From: Setoptus koraiensis
Taxonomy: Eukaryota > Animalia > Arthropoda
Direction: 5' to 3'
DNA: 64,000 bases
Assembly: GCA_048013815.1 (NCBI GenBank)
Contig: CM106586.1
Span: 11,904,001 to 11,968,000, forward strand
In this document: one piece after another, positions 23,013 through 36,556 of the stretch
How positions within the stretch are numbered: position 1 is the stretch's first letter
How the letters are laid out: each line of letters begins with the position of its first letter
Program-made: the position numbers and the translations under genes
Notes under the pieces: generated by a model
The model's database searches: none
Told to the model about the DNA's origin: nothing
The model's input: the letters and a program-made list of their open reading frames with translations, nothing else

Positions 23013-25484
23013 ATGGCCATTGATGACGAAGAGTGCCCAGTGTATCATCCTAGTGAACATTATAAAAAAACAGCACACATATCATCATTAGAACAATACC
23101 ATGATTTATATAGACAATCAATAGAGAATCCAGAATTATTCTGGAGAGAAATAGCAATCAACGAATTTTACTGGAAGAAACCACCTAGTGAGAAAGACTT
23201 TCTTAAATATAATTTCGATTCATCAAAGAAAATTTATGTAGAATGGATGAAAGGTAATTTGTTCGAAATGATTCGCAATTAAATTACAGCTACTATCTTA
23301 TTTGAGCAACAACTATAACAACACTAGCAAGTGAGGGAAAGCTGCTCGCTTAATACAATATCTAATATGCATAATTTCCAATAACTACGCGATCATAACT
23401 GCAAGCCACTAATAGATACATGCTGTCATTATAGTTTAAAATAGGTGTCTAACTACTGTTATTACAACCCCTCCCTAATAATGAATGCACTATTTCTCCT
23501 CGCAATTAATAATCATAATAATCACTAAAACAACGCGTGACGCAAATAACAACAACAACAACAACAACAACAACGATTACATAATTGTTGTTGTTATCAT
23601 CTACTAATGACGACGATGATTATTCAACAGGTGCCATCACCAATATGTGCTACAATGCTGTCGACAGGATAATAGACCAAGGCTATGGAGATAAGGTGGC
23701 CTACATATGGTGAGTTTATTCGGGCCATGATTGATTTTATTTTGTTTTTATTATTTATAACCATACAACCACCATTAATAATAAATATGGTGATCTCAAC
23801 TGATCTGATATTCTCAGGGAAGGCAATTCGCCCAACGAGGAGAGAAAGATTACTTATAGCGAACTAAAAGTAGAAGTATCCAAATTTGCCAATGTTCTTA
23901 AAACGCGAGGGGTTCAAAAAGGCTCGAGAGTGGCTATATACATGCCAGTCACTATCGAGCTTGTTATTGCCATGCTTGGCTGCGCACGTATTGGAGCAAT
24001 ACATACTGTAGTGGTGAGTAGTTGCCGCTGTTGTTGTCTCATCCTACCAGTTATCCAACAAATGATAATGTAAACAACAACCCAATCTGATTATCCGATA
24101 ATTGACGCTAATCCTGTCTGCGAACGTGATCTTTGTTTAAAAAAAAACACTCTTTGGTGGGCTATTAAACAATTAACTTTGTATATGTTTTCTTGATTAT
24201 CGATCATTACGTAATTGATTATTCGTAGTTTGCTGGATTCTCAGCAGAGGCTTTAGCAGAGCGTATGGTAGACGCTAAATGCATTGCACTTGTTACCGCT
24301 GATGGATCTTACCGGGGAAGTAAACTGATACAATTGAAAGAGATAGCCGCTGAAGCTCTGGAAAAATGCCAAAAAAGGTTTGTACACACATCAATTATTT
24401 TCACTTTAGTTCCTTTCAAAACTAGCTTCTAGACTACTACAACTAATATGCCACCGTTTAGAAGCTCGTGTACCGATTCTTTTTAGCTTAGAACAAACAA
24501 ACACACACACAAATTAATTTTTGATAATTATTATTCTGATTATGTCAATCTTACTTACCTTGGCCTATTAATATATGCTTGATTGGTTGGACTAATATCT
24601 GGTGCTGGTGTTGCTCTTGGTACTTTTTGTGTCTTTATTGCGTTGACAACAACGACAACACTGCAAAACAACCTTGCTGACTAACTTATTGGGCCGACCT
24701 TAAAAATTATTTAAATGTCTATCTCATGTCATTCCGGAACTAATACTGTTAACTAAATCACATCTAAACATTATTTACGCTTTACTGATTGTCATGATTA
24801 TCGACAATATCATCGCCATTGAAAAAATCATCTAGAAATCACCATGTCTCTTTTTGTATAGTTCACAGAAGAATTGGGTTATCGGTAATTGTTACCGGTA
24901 ACGGATCGATAGCGAGCTCTCATCTTCCAAATGGCCAACTTTTGATTCAACGTCAAAACACTAGTGGTCTAACTACTATCGGCAATAGAAATATGCCATT
25001 CAAATCAATATCATGGAATTATGCTATCGACGTTTGGTGGGACAAGGCTATGGCTGAAGCAAGCAGTGAGTGTGAACCAGTATGGGTAGACGCCGAAGAC
25101 CCATTATTTATATTATACACAAGGTAACTCAAACATCTAATTATCAAGAAAAAAAAAGAGACAGCGAAAGAGAGACGGAGGGAAAAGATTGAGATAAGAC
25201 TAAGAGATGCAATCGTTTACTTGAGACCAGTCCAGTTTAGTTGCTAGTGTTCAAAACTAGTTTCTCCTAACAGACTCGATCAATTCAGTTCGACAAATAC
25301 CGCATCCAAGAGAGATCGTTAGAGAGAAAGAACAAAAGACGGTTAGCTGTTAACTCAAGCATAAAAAATAACAGACAGACCAGAGAGATATTAAGATCAA
25401 TATAACCATAGTACAACCCTTACTGTCGTAAATTTATATATATGAGTTAGATATTAATCATTGTGTCAATGACCTTAATCTATC

Positions 25485-25519
<35 letters not shown>

Positions 25520-26903
25520 CCCCTTGTCTCTTGTATTAACAAACAAGTGGATCTACTGGAAAACCGAAAGGTGTTGTTCACACAACAGGTGGCTACATGA
25601 TATACGCGGCCACCACCTTCAAGTATGTATTCAACTATCATCCTAGCGACGTATTCTTCTGTACAGCTGATTTAGGTTGGATCACTGGTCATACCGTTAA
25701 CGTTTATGGGGCTCTGTGTAACGGGACAACCATAACATTATTTGAGGGCACTCCATTTCATCCAGACCCTGGCAGATTGTGGCAGATAGTTGACCGGCAT
25801 CAAGTCAATACCTTCTACACTGCTCCGACAGCCATACGTTCACTTATGAAGTATAGCAATAGTTATGTAACAAATTACAAGAGAACCTCCCTCAAACTTC
25901 TGGGAACTGCAGGCGAACCCATTAATTCTGAAGCATGGAATTGGTATTTTGAAGTTGTCGGTAATGGGCGATGCCCAATTGTGGACACCTTTTGGCAAAC
26001 AGAGACGGTGAGTTTCGACATTTTTACATGCATGCGAGCAGAGCTACTTCATTAGTAATGAGATGATAATGAGAGATTCTCGGAATGGTTATTGTTACAC
26101 TCCATACAGTCAGCGCCTATGCTTACACCACTTCCTGGAGCAACCCCGCTTAAACCAGGATCAGCTACTTTTCCTTTCTTTGGAGTGCAACCGGCTGTTG
26201 TAGATGAAGATGGGCGCGAGTTAGAAGGTCCAGCTAAAGGACATCTCGTTTTCAAAGCACCCTGGCCAGGTATGATGCGAACAATTGATGGAGATCATGA
26301 CAGGTTTGAGATTACATACTTCTCTACTTTCCCAGGCTATTACAACACAGGCGACCGTAAGTATAGTCAACAAAATCAACTTTTAGTATATTATTAATTC
26401 ATTGGCTAACTCTAAATCTATCTCACATCACAGATGTAAGGAGAGATGCTGACGGCTACTATTGGGTGTTAGGCAGAGCGGATGACATGCTAAACGTCTC
26501 TGGGCATCTATTATCTACAGCAGAGGTAGAATCCGCATTGGCCGAACATAAGGCAGTTGCCGAGGCCGCTGCGGTCTCATTTCCACATGAAATCAAAGGG
26601 GAAGCATTGTCATGCTATGTGGTTCTTAAAGACGAATATAATTTTAGCGAGATAATAGAGCACGAACTCAAAATAATTGTCCGCTCCAAAATTGGACCAC
26701 TAGCCGCGCCAGATCGAATAAGATGTCTGAAGCAGTTGCCAAAAACAAGATCAGGGAAAACTATGCGCCGCATTCTGAGGAAAGCCTCATGTGGCGATGT
26801 AAATCTTGGAGATATATCAACTGTAGCTGAACAGTCTGCTTTAGATGAGTTATTCCCAAATGGGTATCACGGGAGTTGGCATCGGGCAATCGAGATACAA
26901 TAA
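23013..26903 (+). CDS. ACSS2: Acetyl-CoA synthetase (8 exons: 23013-23253, 23631-23709, 23818-24013, 24229-24377, 24836-25123, 25548-26007, 26110-26356, 26434-26903)
   Basis: EDPLFILYT|[66 protein letters not shown] introns join in consistent phase. Confidence 0.95.
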
Positions 26904-27045
26904 TACCAAATTAAATTACTACACTGGGAGTATGCCTTGACTTCACAAGAAGGTTTGCTCTCTATAGAGTCTGTAAAGCCTTAAAACTTCTAATAAAGAA
27001 CAAGATTTATATCGAAGAAGTAACAAAAATATTCTTAACTCACAA

Positions 27046-28410
27046 TCATTTGGCCAGTTCTTCTAATAATTGTTTCCGCTTGCGCTCTAGTTCATCTAAT
27101 TCGACGTTTTTCAGATCACGTTTGACTTTTTTTGGTTTTGTATGATGATGTAGACAAGTTTCGCTGATTGTATGAATGTAACGATTGAAAATATCTATTC
27201 TATCTTCTTCCCTGTATATGGCCTTGAATTCTAACTCCTCACATATAAGTGGTCGAACAGTTTCCCAGCTAATGTTGTCTTCTTCAACATTTGGATCTAG
27301 ATGTTTTGTTAGAATGGTTATGAAGCCGGCCTCCAATTTTCGACGTTCTTTAGCTATCTCTCTCAAACGGACTTTCTCTTTTTCTCTTTCTTTTTCTAAT
27401 AAACGCTCAAATATCATTTTAAGATTACCTCCATCTAAATTGGCGCTTCGTTCATCCTTGGCAACAAAAGTGGCGAAATTTTCCAACGTTGTCGTAAGAG
27501 TCACTTCGAAATTTCTTTGCTTTAGGATATCTTTAATAATTTGTTTTTCATCTTCATAACGCGCTTTGAGATCTTCAACGTAAAATTTAAATAGATCTAA
27601 TGCTGTTGAGCCACTCATTGGTTGATTAAGCAACGCCCTGTATCTAGGTTCGGCAGAAATTTCTGGATATAGATTCATCCATTTGGAAATAGAAGTCAAT
27701 TTACCGCAAGCATGCAATTCATCAAGATAACGCACAAACGCAATTCGATTGTCCCTCTCTAACAAGGCCCTCTGCTTTTTAGCTCTCTTTCTTTCATCCT
27801 CCTCTTCTGCCTCAAGCTCTTTAATGTGTTCAATGAATACCAAGAGAGCATCTTCTTTGTCCATTTTTAGAAGTCGGTCATCAGATGATGATATTGCATA
27901 GTCTAATAGTAGTTGCTGAGCTTCTTCCCATGTGCTGTGGGCATTTATAGATTCCATAGAATTGAGAACATCTCTTAACAAATTCATATTATGTTTCCTC
28001 AATTCACGTGCTTGCTCTTTCTCTTGTTTTACAATGGTAGAAAGAATATCCTCATATATATCTCTTCTGTCTTCCTCGGATATTGCTTTCCAAACGTCAA
28101 GATCCTTGAATAGTTCACATGCTTCCCGATACCTTAAGGTAGATTTAACTCTATTGTCGGTCTGTAAAAATTGTTCAAATTGCTCTTTGACTCTTTTTGA
28201 TCTTAGTCGTTGCTCTTCTTTATCTTCTTTAAGTTTTTGTACTTTATAATCATTAAAAACTTGTTTTCTACCACGAAATGATCTAACTTGTTCGAAGCGT
28301 GGATCGTTTTCCATCAATTTGATAGCATATTCCCAACTGGCATTACTAGGTACATTCCTCTCACGAAGCATATCCTTGAGACAAACCTCTGGATTCATGT
28401 TGGACGCCAT
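27046..28410 (-). CDS. PRPF40A: Pre-mRNA-processing factor 40 homolog (FF domains; no WW domains seen)
   Basis: LKDMLRERNVPSNASWEYAIKLMENDPR, LTSISKWMNLYP, GSTALDLFKFYVEDLK, and C-terminal ELERKRKQLLEEL match Prp40 FF repeats and tail; intronless. Confidence 0.9.
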   Translation of the reverse strand: MASNMNPEVCLKDMLRERNVPSNASWEYAIKLMENDPRFEQVRSFRGRKQVFNDYKVQKLKEDKEEQRLRSKRVKEQFEQFLQTDNRVKSTLRYREACELFKDLDVWKAISEEDRRDIYEDILSTIVKQEKEQARELRKHNMNLLRDVLNSMESINAHSTWEEAQQLLLDYAISSSDDRLLKMDKEDALLVFIEHIKELEAEEEDERKRAKKQRALLERDNRIAFVRYLDELHACGKLTSISKWMNLYPEISAEPRYRALLNQPMSGSTALDLFKFYVEDLKARYEDEKQIIKDILKQRNFEVTLTTTLENFATFVAKDERSANLDGGNLKMIFERLLEKEREKEKVRLREIAKERRKLEAGFITILTKHLDPNVEEDNISWETVRPLICEELEFKAIYREEDRIDIFNRYIHTISETCLHHHTKPKKVKRDLKNVELDELERKRKQLLEELAK

Positions 28411-30319
28411 GTTAATTTTTATTAGTGTGTTTCTATTTTTGTTTGTATATTTGTGACAAGCCAACGAATAGTGTTAATTAATGGTGTTTGTTTAAATCAC
28501 TGGCTATTACATTATAAACAATTGATAATGACATTGCCGATCTGGTATGATATGGTATGTATTTACGGACCTAAAGCTTATTGTTCTGTGTAATGTAGGG
28601 ATGTTGTTCCAATAATATTAATGATATTGCTGCCAGCACAATTGTAGTCAATAGGAATCATATGTTGTCGCTAGAGGCATTTGATACAAATCTGAATGTA
28701 ATAGTGATGAAAGCAATGATGTTGACGACTACGAAATATACGTTAGAATCCCTCATAATTAAGTGTGATTATTTTACCTAATATTATCACCAACGCATGC
28801 CTATCTCTTTACCATCGTTTAGTTTGTAGATGTTGTCAACAGTGAAATAGAGCAGGGTATATATTGTGCAATGGCATGGCTAAAAAGCGCAATAACTGGG
28901 TAAAATTAAATTAATCGTATAGCTTTCATATATTGAAGAAGTTAATGAGATCACAAACAAATCAGTGGTAGAGGCAAAAGAAAAAATGCGTTACGGTGAT
29001 GGCGGTGCCTAGTGTTGCCGTCAATAGACCAGGTGATGTGGTGAAACATTAAACGAAACACGGCACGCTTGTTACGTTGAATCATCAAATATCTGGCGCC
29101 CTCTAATGGCCAAGTTACCCAACCGTTAATTGAGCGTAATGTGTTGACAACGTCGAGAAGTTGTTGTTACAGAGAGCAGTACAGATTACGTCCAATATGC
29201 GGCTTGCAATATTTCAGAGTGCACCAACATCACATAGCCAACGCGCGCGACATTTGAATTGTTTGAGAAAAAATTGTGCTTGGGGGAGGTGGGGAGAGGT
29301 GCCTCCGCTGGAGATGGGAGAGGGTCTCCCGATCTGAAACGCACCAAATAATATATACGTTATACTTGTAGCTAGGTAAAAAGTAATATCAGCTATATTT
29401 GAATGTCGTTTTGTTGAGGCTATCACACTTTTTTGTCGCTTGTTTTAGTCGTTCAGGCAGCAAAAGTTGCAAGGCGGGGAGGCGGGAGCTGCGAGGCGGG
29501 AGCTGCGTCTCTCCCGATCACTAGATGAGAAAAAGAATTCTCCTGCGAAGAACATATATCCACGACAAGGATTTTCAAATCGAAGCGAAAATTTCCTCTC
29601 GCACTTGACAAGTTAGCCAAATAGATGGTAAATCACCACCAGTGGCAATTGCTGCTACTACTAGTGGTGCAAATATGGATGATGCGATCGGCTCTTGTAC
29701 CCTGACGATTGCTCAGTTAGGAGTGGTAGTAGTGGTGGTAATTGTTTAGGTTCGAAAAATAAACAACATCATAGCTATAGCTACTATAAACAACATCACG
29801 GCTACAGCATATCGCTCCCATCATCGCTTTGAAAGTTGGTTGGGTGAAATGAATTCTCATTATGCTCATTATTATGATAAGAAAATGGAGCATAGCATTG
29901 ACAATAGCCACCATGTTAATGTTAATGGTATTGAAGTTTATTGTGTGTAATCTTTTCTCGAGGATGGTGAGACAACAACGCTAAACAGACACATAGACAG
30001 TCAGAAGCTTTTCCTGTCTCGACTACTACTACTATTACTACTACTACTACGCAACATGCAACATGTACGACGGGTGCTTAGATCTTAGATACACACAATT
30101 ACTTCTGGCTAGAAGCCAAATTGCGCGATTGTTGCTTCTTCTCTCGTATATTTGTTAGTTGGATCGCATTAGACCATCCAAGAATCGCTATGCGATGTTT
30201 AGATGAATCGCTATAGCACTTTGAGAAACCACCATGGCGAATAGTTGCTGTGTCTGGCAGTAAACTTCCACTGTTGGCTTCCAACATTGGATTAGGATAT
30301 GGTGGTGGAATAGAAGCAG

Positions 30320-30372
30320 ACGGTTGTAGACGGTTGCAGACGGTTGCGGACGGTTCTAGGCGGTTGTAGACG
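30320..30372. repeat. 10-bp tandem repeat (GACGGTTGTA-like)
   Basis: gacggttgtagacggttgcagacggttgcggacggttctaggcggttgtagacgg. Confidence 0.85.
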
Positions 30373-31921
30373 GTGGAAGATGCCTGCTTGCGATCATCAG
30401 TTGTTGCATTGAGTGTCAGTTCGTAGTCGTCGTTGTCGTTGTTGTCGTCATCCTTGGAGCTGTTGTTGGCTTCGTTGGAACCCGCCCGACTTGGCTTTAG
30501 CAGCTTGCAAACTTTAACTCTCAATGAATCATATTGGCATCAACATGTCATCGTGGCGCATATAGCAGCGCCACAATTATGTTGGATGATGGTGATTATG
30601 AACACATGATGATTCGCGCAACATAGCTCGGTTTGTTGCACTTGTTGTTGTCGCTGTTGTCGTTGCTGTTGCTGTTGTCGTTGCTGTTGCTGCTGCTGTT
30701 GTTGCTGTTGTTGCCGCTGTTGTTGTGCCATGCAAATGACGCCACCGCCATCGGCATCACCGCCATCGGCATCACCGCCGCCACTAGCACCACCACTAGC
30801 ACCACTAGCACCACCGCCACCACCACTAGCGCTGTCAGTGCTTGCATGATGAGCACCACAAGTTGATCACAACTGTAGATCTGTTTTATTCGCATAACCA
30901 AATTTGGGCCTGGCAATATGCACATAGCAATATGCAAACGTCTCTATGTGCGTAGTAGATATAGGGGACGAGCATATAGGAGCACACATCTGCTTTGTGA
31001 CATATCCACCACGACTAACACTGTGACTATGACGGCGACGACGCCGCCGCCGCCGCTGCCGACAACAACAACAACAACAACGACAGTGATTCGACTTCAA
31101 AGTCAGCATCGCGGTGGTGCAATATCCACCGACATGACGAATCGTCTGCACCAACGCCACCACTGGCACCGCTAGCAGGCTGCTAGTAGCAGCCTGCTAG
31201 TAGCAGCCAGTGTGGCGTGGGCCTGAGTCGAAGATTCGAGTCAATTGGGAGATTCGAACAGAGAGCGAAGAATCCGACTACTGCCTGCAACGAAATGTAA
31301 TGAAGATGTACGGATACGCTCAATGCGTTTCGTTGTTGATTTAAGCTCCTTGAGATAATAAAATATAACACATTATAATTGCCATTTGAGCTACATTTGC
31401 GCACTAGCGCGATATAGATCGCCCTGAGTCAGTACAAATCAGTATAAATAGTTTGTTTTGTTTAATACACACACACACATACGAACGGTTGTTGTTGTTT
31501 ATAGTTGCAGTTTATAGTTCTCAAAGGAAATATTCAATTATTTAAATCGCGCGATTTACATCGCAAGTGCGTCTGCGCGCTTCTTGTGCTGCTGGCTCCA
31601 AAGCAAAGTCCGTTTACATGGGACTAATACACAGGGGATAGCAGTAGCAGCAGCAGCAGCGACAGAGTAATGAACTAATGAGAATCAAAATGTTGCTAGC
31701 AGCAGGTTGTTTGATGTTGAGTTGATCACTTGAAGCGGAATCGTCACTTGGTTCGTCACTCGCAAATTGAATGCAACCGACTCACACTGGTGCAGGCCCA
31801 GCGCACACAAGCAGCAACAATCAAATTTGATCCGACTTGATCCAATTTAATCAAATTCAATTAATTTCAGCCAAATTTAACCAAATTAACTCACAAGTTG
31901 AAGCTCGCATTTGGATCAATT

Positions 31922-33359
31922 ATGCCAAAATCATTTCTCATCAGCAATAGGCGAGCTATTAGCGCCAACGCAATGGCCACCAACGCCAACAACAATAACA
32001 CAATGCAAACGAGTGCGCTACCGTCGACCAAAAAATCAGCAGCCGCTCCAAGCGCAAAACCGCCATTCAAAGTGATTGCATCGTTAGAGCACCTGATTGT
32101 GCATCACAAGTATTTCTCGTCATCTCATCAGCACCATCAGCCAGCAACATTCGACAGTGAGGCCAATTTTGAGTCAGAGGACAGTGTCAACAATCGGCTG
32201 GATGAAGAGGATTTAGACGACGACGAGGCGCAAGAGGAGGACGACGACGACGACGACGATGACGTTGATTACGACGCCAACCAACCGATTGATGCAAGCC
32301 TCAAGAATCGCTCGCGTTTGCAAACAATACAACAGGCGTTTGCAGCAGTAACGGCAGCAACAGATAGTAGTGCTAGCAACAATATTGCAACTGTATTTGT
32401 TGACAAACCGACTCATCGGCATCACTTGTTGGTCAACAGCAACAACAACAACAACAACAACCATGTAAATGCAAATGTTAACGCGGCCAACAATATTCAA
32501 CAGTTGTTAAATGATAGTCTGAGCTTCACAAATAGCAGCACAAATAGCAACAATAGCAATAATACCACAATATGTAATAGTAATAATAGTAATAATAACA
32601 ACAACAGCAACAATATTAATAATAATCACACTAATACTAATAGTAACGTGCATATTTGTCACGAGTGTGGAAAACAATATTCAACATCAAGCAATTTAGC
32701 TCGTCATAGGCAAACGCATCGCAGTGTTACAGACAAAAAAGCCAAAAAATGTCCAGATTGCGATAAGATTTACGTATCCATGCCAGCATTCTCTATGCAC
32801 CTGAGGACTCACAATCAGGGATGTCTATGCAGTATTTGTGGAAAATCATTTAGTCGCCCTTGGCTCCTCCAAGGACACATGCGAACTCACACAGGTAAGT
32901 CGAGCGTTATTACGTTATATGGATACGACAAGCCGGTAGCTGTTGGCAACCGGCATTTAACTCATATGATTAATATCAAATTGACTACCTGTAGAGCGTC
33001 TTATCGTCCATCAAACATAACCAATCTAACTAATCAACACAATTGTATTTTGCATTATCACCATTAACCTAATTATGTTTACAGGAGAAAAGCCATTTGA
33101 GTGCAGTATATGCAACAAGGCATTTGCTGACAAGTCCAACTTGAGGGCCCACATTCAAACGCATTCGTCTATGAAACCCTATATTTGTAAGAGATGCAAT
33201 AAGGCGTTTGCATTGAAATCTTACCTATATAAACATGAGGAAAGCACCTGCATGAAAATGGAGGGAGGCAGAAAAGAACCATTGAATCTCAAGAATACGG
33301 CTTCAATAAGACGGAACAACAACAACAATCATCATTCATCAGCACGATCAATTCATTGA
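31922..33359 (+). CDS. scrt: Scratch, Snail-family C2H2 zinc-finger transcription factor (exons 31922-32894, 33085-33359)
   Basis: SNAG-like MPKSFLIS; five fingers with TSSNLARHRQTHRS, YVSMPA, FSRPWLLQGHMRTHTG|EKPF, FADKSNLRAHIQTH, FALKSYLYKHEES; phase-1 GT-AG intron. Confidence 0.95.
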
Positions 33360-35111
33360 ACATGCAACAACAACAGCAACAACCATTAATAATAAATACT
33401 GACTGTATATCATTTATGAGTCATAGTTCCCTTTTCAGCGTCTTTTTTCCGTTCTCGTCCCTCTCTAACAAACGAAGCAAGCGCTGATAAACGACAGCAA
33501 TAATTGGTTAGTTCAGCCAGCCAGATACAAGCGAAGACACAAACAACAACAACAACAACAACAACAATGATAGCAACCTTTGAGGCACCAATTCTTTCCC
33601 ACCGAGCTAACCAGCAATCAATACTCTAAACCAAATGATTCGAGCAAATAAATATCAACATCTAATGCAAACTAATGCCATGTCTCTTGATTGCTCTTGA
33701 CGGTGTCGCTCTCACTCAAGAGATTAAATTCACTACACCGACAGCACGACTACTACCAACTCGGTGACTGATGTTGTTGGCCGATCAGGATCCCGGGCTG
33801 ATTTTGTCGAAGAGCGTTCGAAAGACGGGTCGACTTTATCCGATAGGTTAGCATTGGATTTCGTATTGAGTTTGGCATGCAATGATTCTCTCTTTTCTGA
33901 CTGCTCTTGTACCGACACTTGTGGTATCACTTCGAGCCTTCAAATTCGAGGTACATCTAGATCAACTTTCACTGTCCCCGAAATCAGTGGTGAGTCAATT
34001 ATAGCTGTCGAGAATAGAACATAGAGAGTTCCCTTTGTGTCACTCTGCCGGCCAAAGTGTCGCCGTCAATCTCGTGAATCCTGATACTGAGTATGGTGGT
34101 TGTTGAATCTTAAACAGATGTATGCAAACGGCATAATGGCAAAATATGGAAGCCATTAGTAGATGAGCACATACAGATGTTGACCACTTGTCGCTTCGAC
34201 GTTCAACAGATGGTAATTCGCTCAGCAGCAACAACAGCAAACTATACTGTAGAAACATCATGCATACAAGTTAAACCTATATAGTCAAAAGATATTCTTA
34301 TCAGATAACTGCATCATTATGATGTACTGCCATCTATCTGTGCCTGTTGAGACACAATGCTCAATGGTAAACAAATTGATGGCTCTACTGTCATGGTTCA
34401 GCTTGATCAGTGCCGTCTACTCCGGCTAAAAGTTTCGAAGCGTTCGAATCAACATTGCAATGGTGTCGCAACCACAACCAACTACCATAATGTAATCCCA
34501 GAAAGTTTGACACGACGATTTTCTATCAGATAATCACAAGGCTATTATGATACCAGGCATGACCATATAGATATGAACAAATGGAATCTCATTTGAATAT
34601 TAGCATTATTACTAGGTATACATGTACATAACGTGCACAATGTTATTTAAATACATGTGAGAAGCTTATTAATTGATAATCTCATCATCATTATCACAAC
34701 CACCGATTTAGGGTGGCCATTATGATAGTGTTCATATTTAATTTAGGCTCTGTCAGTCTGTCTTCACGATCTCTGTCTTTGTACTGATAAGAAACATATC
34801 AATTTATATACATAAATTGATCGATGCTAACCAAAGTTGGTCGCATTGCATAGTCTTTATTACGCTCTTGGGTTTACATAGTAGGTTAGTAGGGGCGTTA
34901 CAATAGATTACAGCGCTTCGAACCTAATGGTCGCAACTTTTTGCTTGAATATAATTCGTTTATTTGTCTTTATATAGTAGTAGTGTTAAAGAAGGAAATT
35001 TCAATTTATAATTTGGAATAAATGACATAAAATCTGATTCGGTTAGGTTATAATCAACAATTGAAACCAAATCCTGAGGTTATGTTCATAATCACATGGC
35101 TAGTAACTGGA

Positions 35112-36556
35112 TCAAGCATCATTGTGTTTTATATTATTGTTTAAAGCAGCTAAATGAGCCTCTTTGCCCCAAGTTGACGCAAGAAGCTGACATTCAGCAA
35201 CCAAAGCCTGTTCCAAGGGTAGTGTTCTGGCAGCATTAACTATACCTTTCATCGCAATAATAGTGGTCTTGGCACCAATCAGATGGGCCTTCAGATATTC
35301 ATGAGCTTTAGCCATGATTGCTGCATCGTCTGTTTCATCACAATCTATTATATAATTCACCAGTCCCATTTGATAAGCTTCTTGAGCACTGACAAGACGA
35401 CCGCTTGCCATCATTTCTAATGCTCTGCCAGGTCCAACTAATTGGACAAGACGACTACCACCACCCCAGGCACTACATATTCCAACGCGTGCGTGAACAT
35501 AGCCTATTTTGGCTGTCTTAGTTATAATTCTTATATCGGTTGCCACAGCGATCTCAGCCCCACCACCAATGGCTTTCCCTTGAACCATTGCCATCGTTAT
35601 CATGGGAAGAGCCTGTAAACGAGATAAGTTATATTGCATTAGGGTTGCCATATTCAGACCATCTTCGTGATTGGCAAGCTCTCTAACGGAGACCAAGTCG
35701 CCACCTGAGCGGAAAAATTTCAGATTTGTGTATAAGAAACTCATTAACACTCAACCGTTATCATGGAGCTAATTTGAATTGTTCATACTTTTGTGTCATC
35801 AAAATTACCTGAACAAAAGAATCCACCATGACCGTAGATTAGGACACCCTTTCCTTCTTCCCAATTATACAGTTCTTCGATGACATCTAGTAGATCACTC
35901 ATCATCTTTGCCGATATGCCATTTTTACATCCGCTTTTAATACATACTGTTCCTATACCAGTGGTGTTATCTTTTTCAAGGGTTATCTGTTGATTATCAT
36001 TACATTTAGCATTCATATGGGCAAACTGGCTCCGAATATTCTCTATGTGCTCTCTTGTTGGATTCGTTGCGAGACTTTGGATACCTTCCATGGTTCTAAA
36101 TTTAACATTATTTGCAATGGTGTGAATAGAAGAGAAACAGATTTTATTTTGTCTCAATCTACTAATATTATTTGAGCTTCGTAATAATAAATTGTATTGC
36201 GTGCTGTATTGTGCTCTAATTGATGGTCTTGCTACATCATGCAAATTGATTATTGGACGTTCTGAACTGCGTATGCGATAATTGTTTGTTAAAGGCATCT
36301 TGCGCGTAGCATTGGGTGATGTAACTTTCAAAATAGTCTTTTTATGCGAAAGAGAACAGGCATTGTTTTTGGATTCAAACTGAGCTGGCATGCATGAATG
36401 TGCTGAGTGAAATTTGGAATAAAAATTTGGAAAAGTTGCAACTTGTTGGGATTGATACAGAGGCTCGATTCTTTTGCTAATTGATGATAGCACACGAGTA
36501 CCGTTAATGGGTTGCCAAGTACGCATAGAAAAGTTGAATCTATAGATTGATGCCAT
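35112..36556 (-). CDS. ECHDC1: Ethylmalonyl-CoA decarboxylase-like crotonase (exons 36556-35809, 35704-35112)
   Basis: GKGVLIYG..FCS|GGDL, MATLMQYNL, VQGKAIGGGAEI, WGGGSRLVQLVG; 104-nt GT-AG intron at 35808-35705. The true start codon is uncertain. Confidence 0.88.

Noticed and set aside
29600-31400. Poly-Q/T/L ORFs upstream of scratch
   Set aside because: Products of CAA/CAG/CAC microsatellites, open in several frames with no domain.
33733-34261. Short minus-strand ORFs, one with a signal-peptide-like start
   Set aside because: No splice combination I tried gave a continuous frame.
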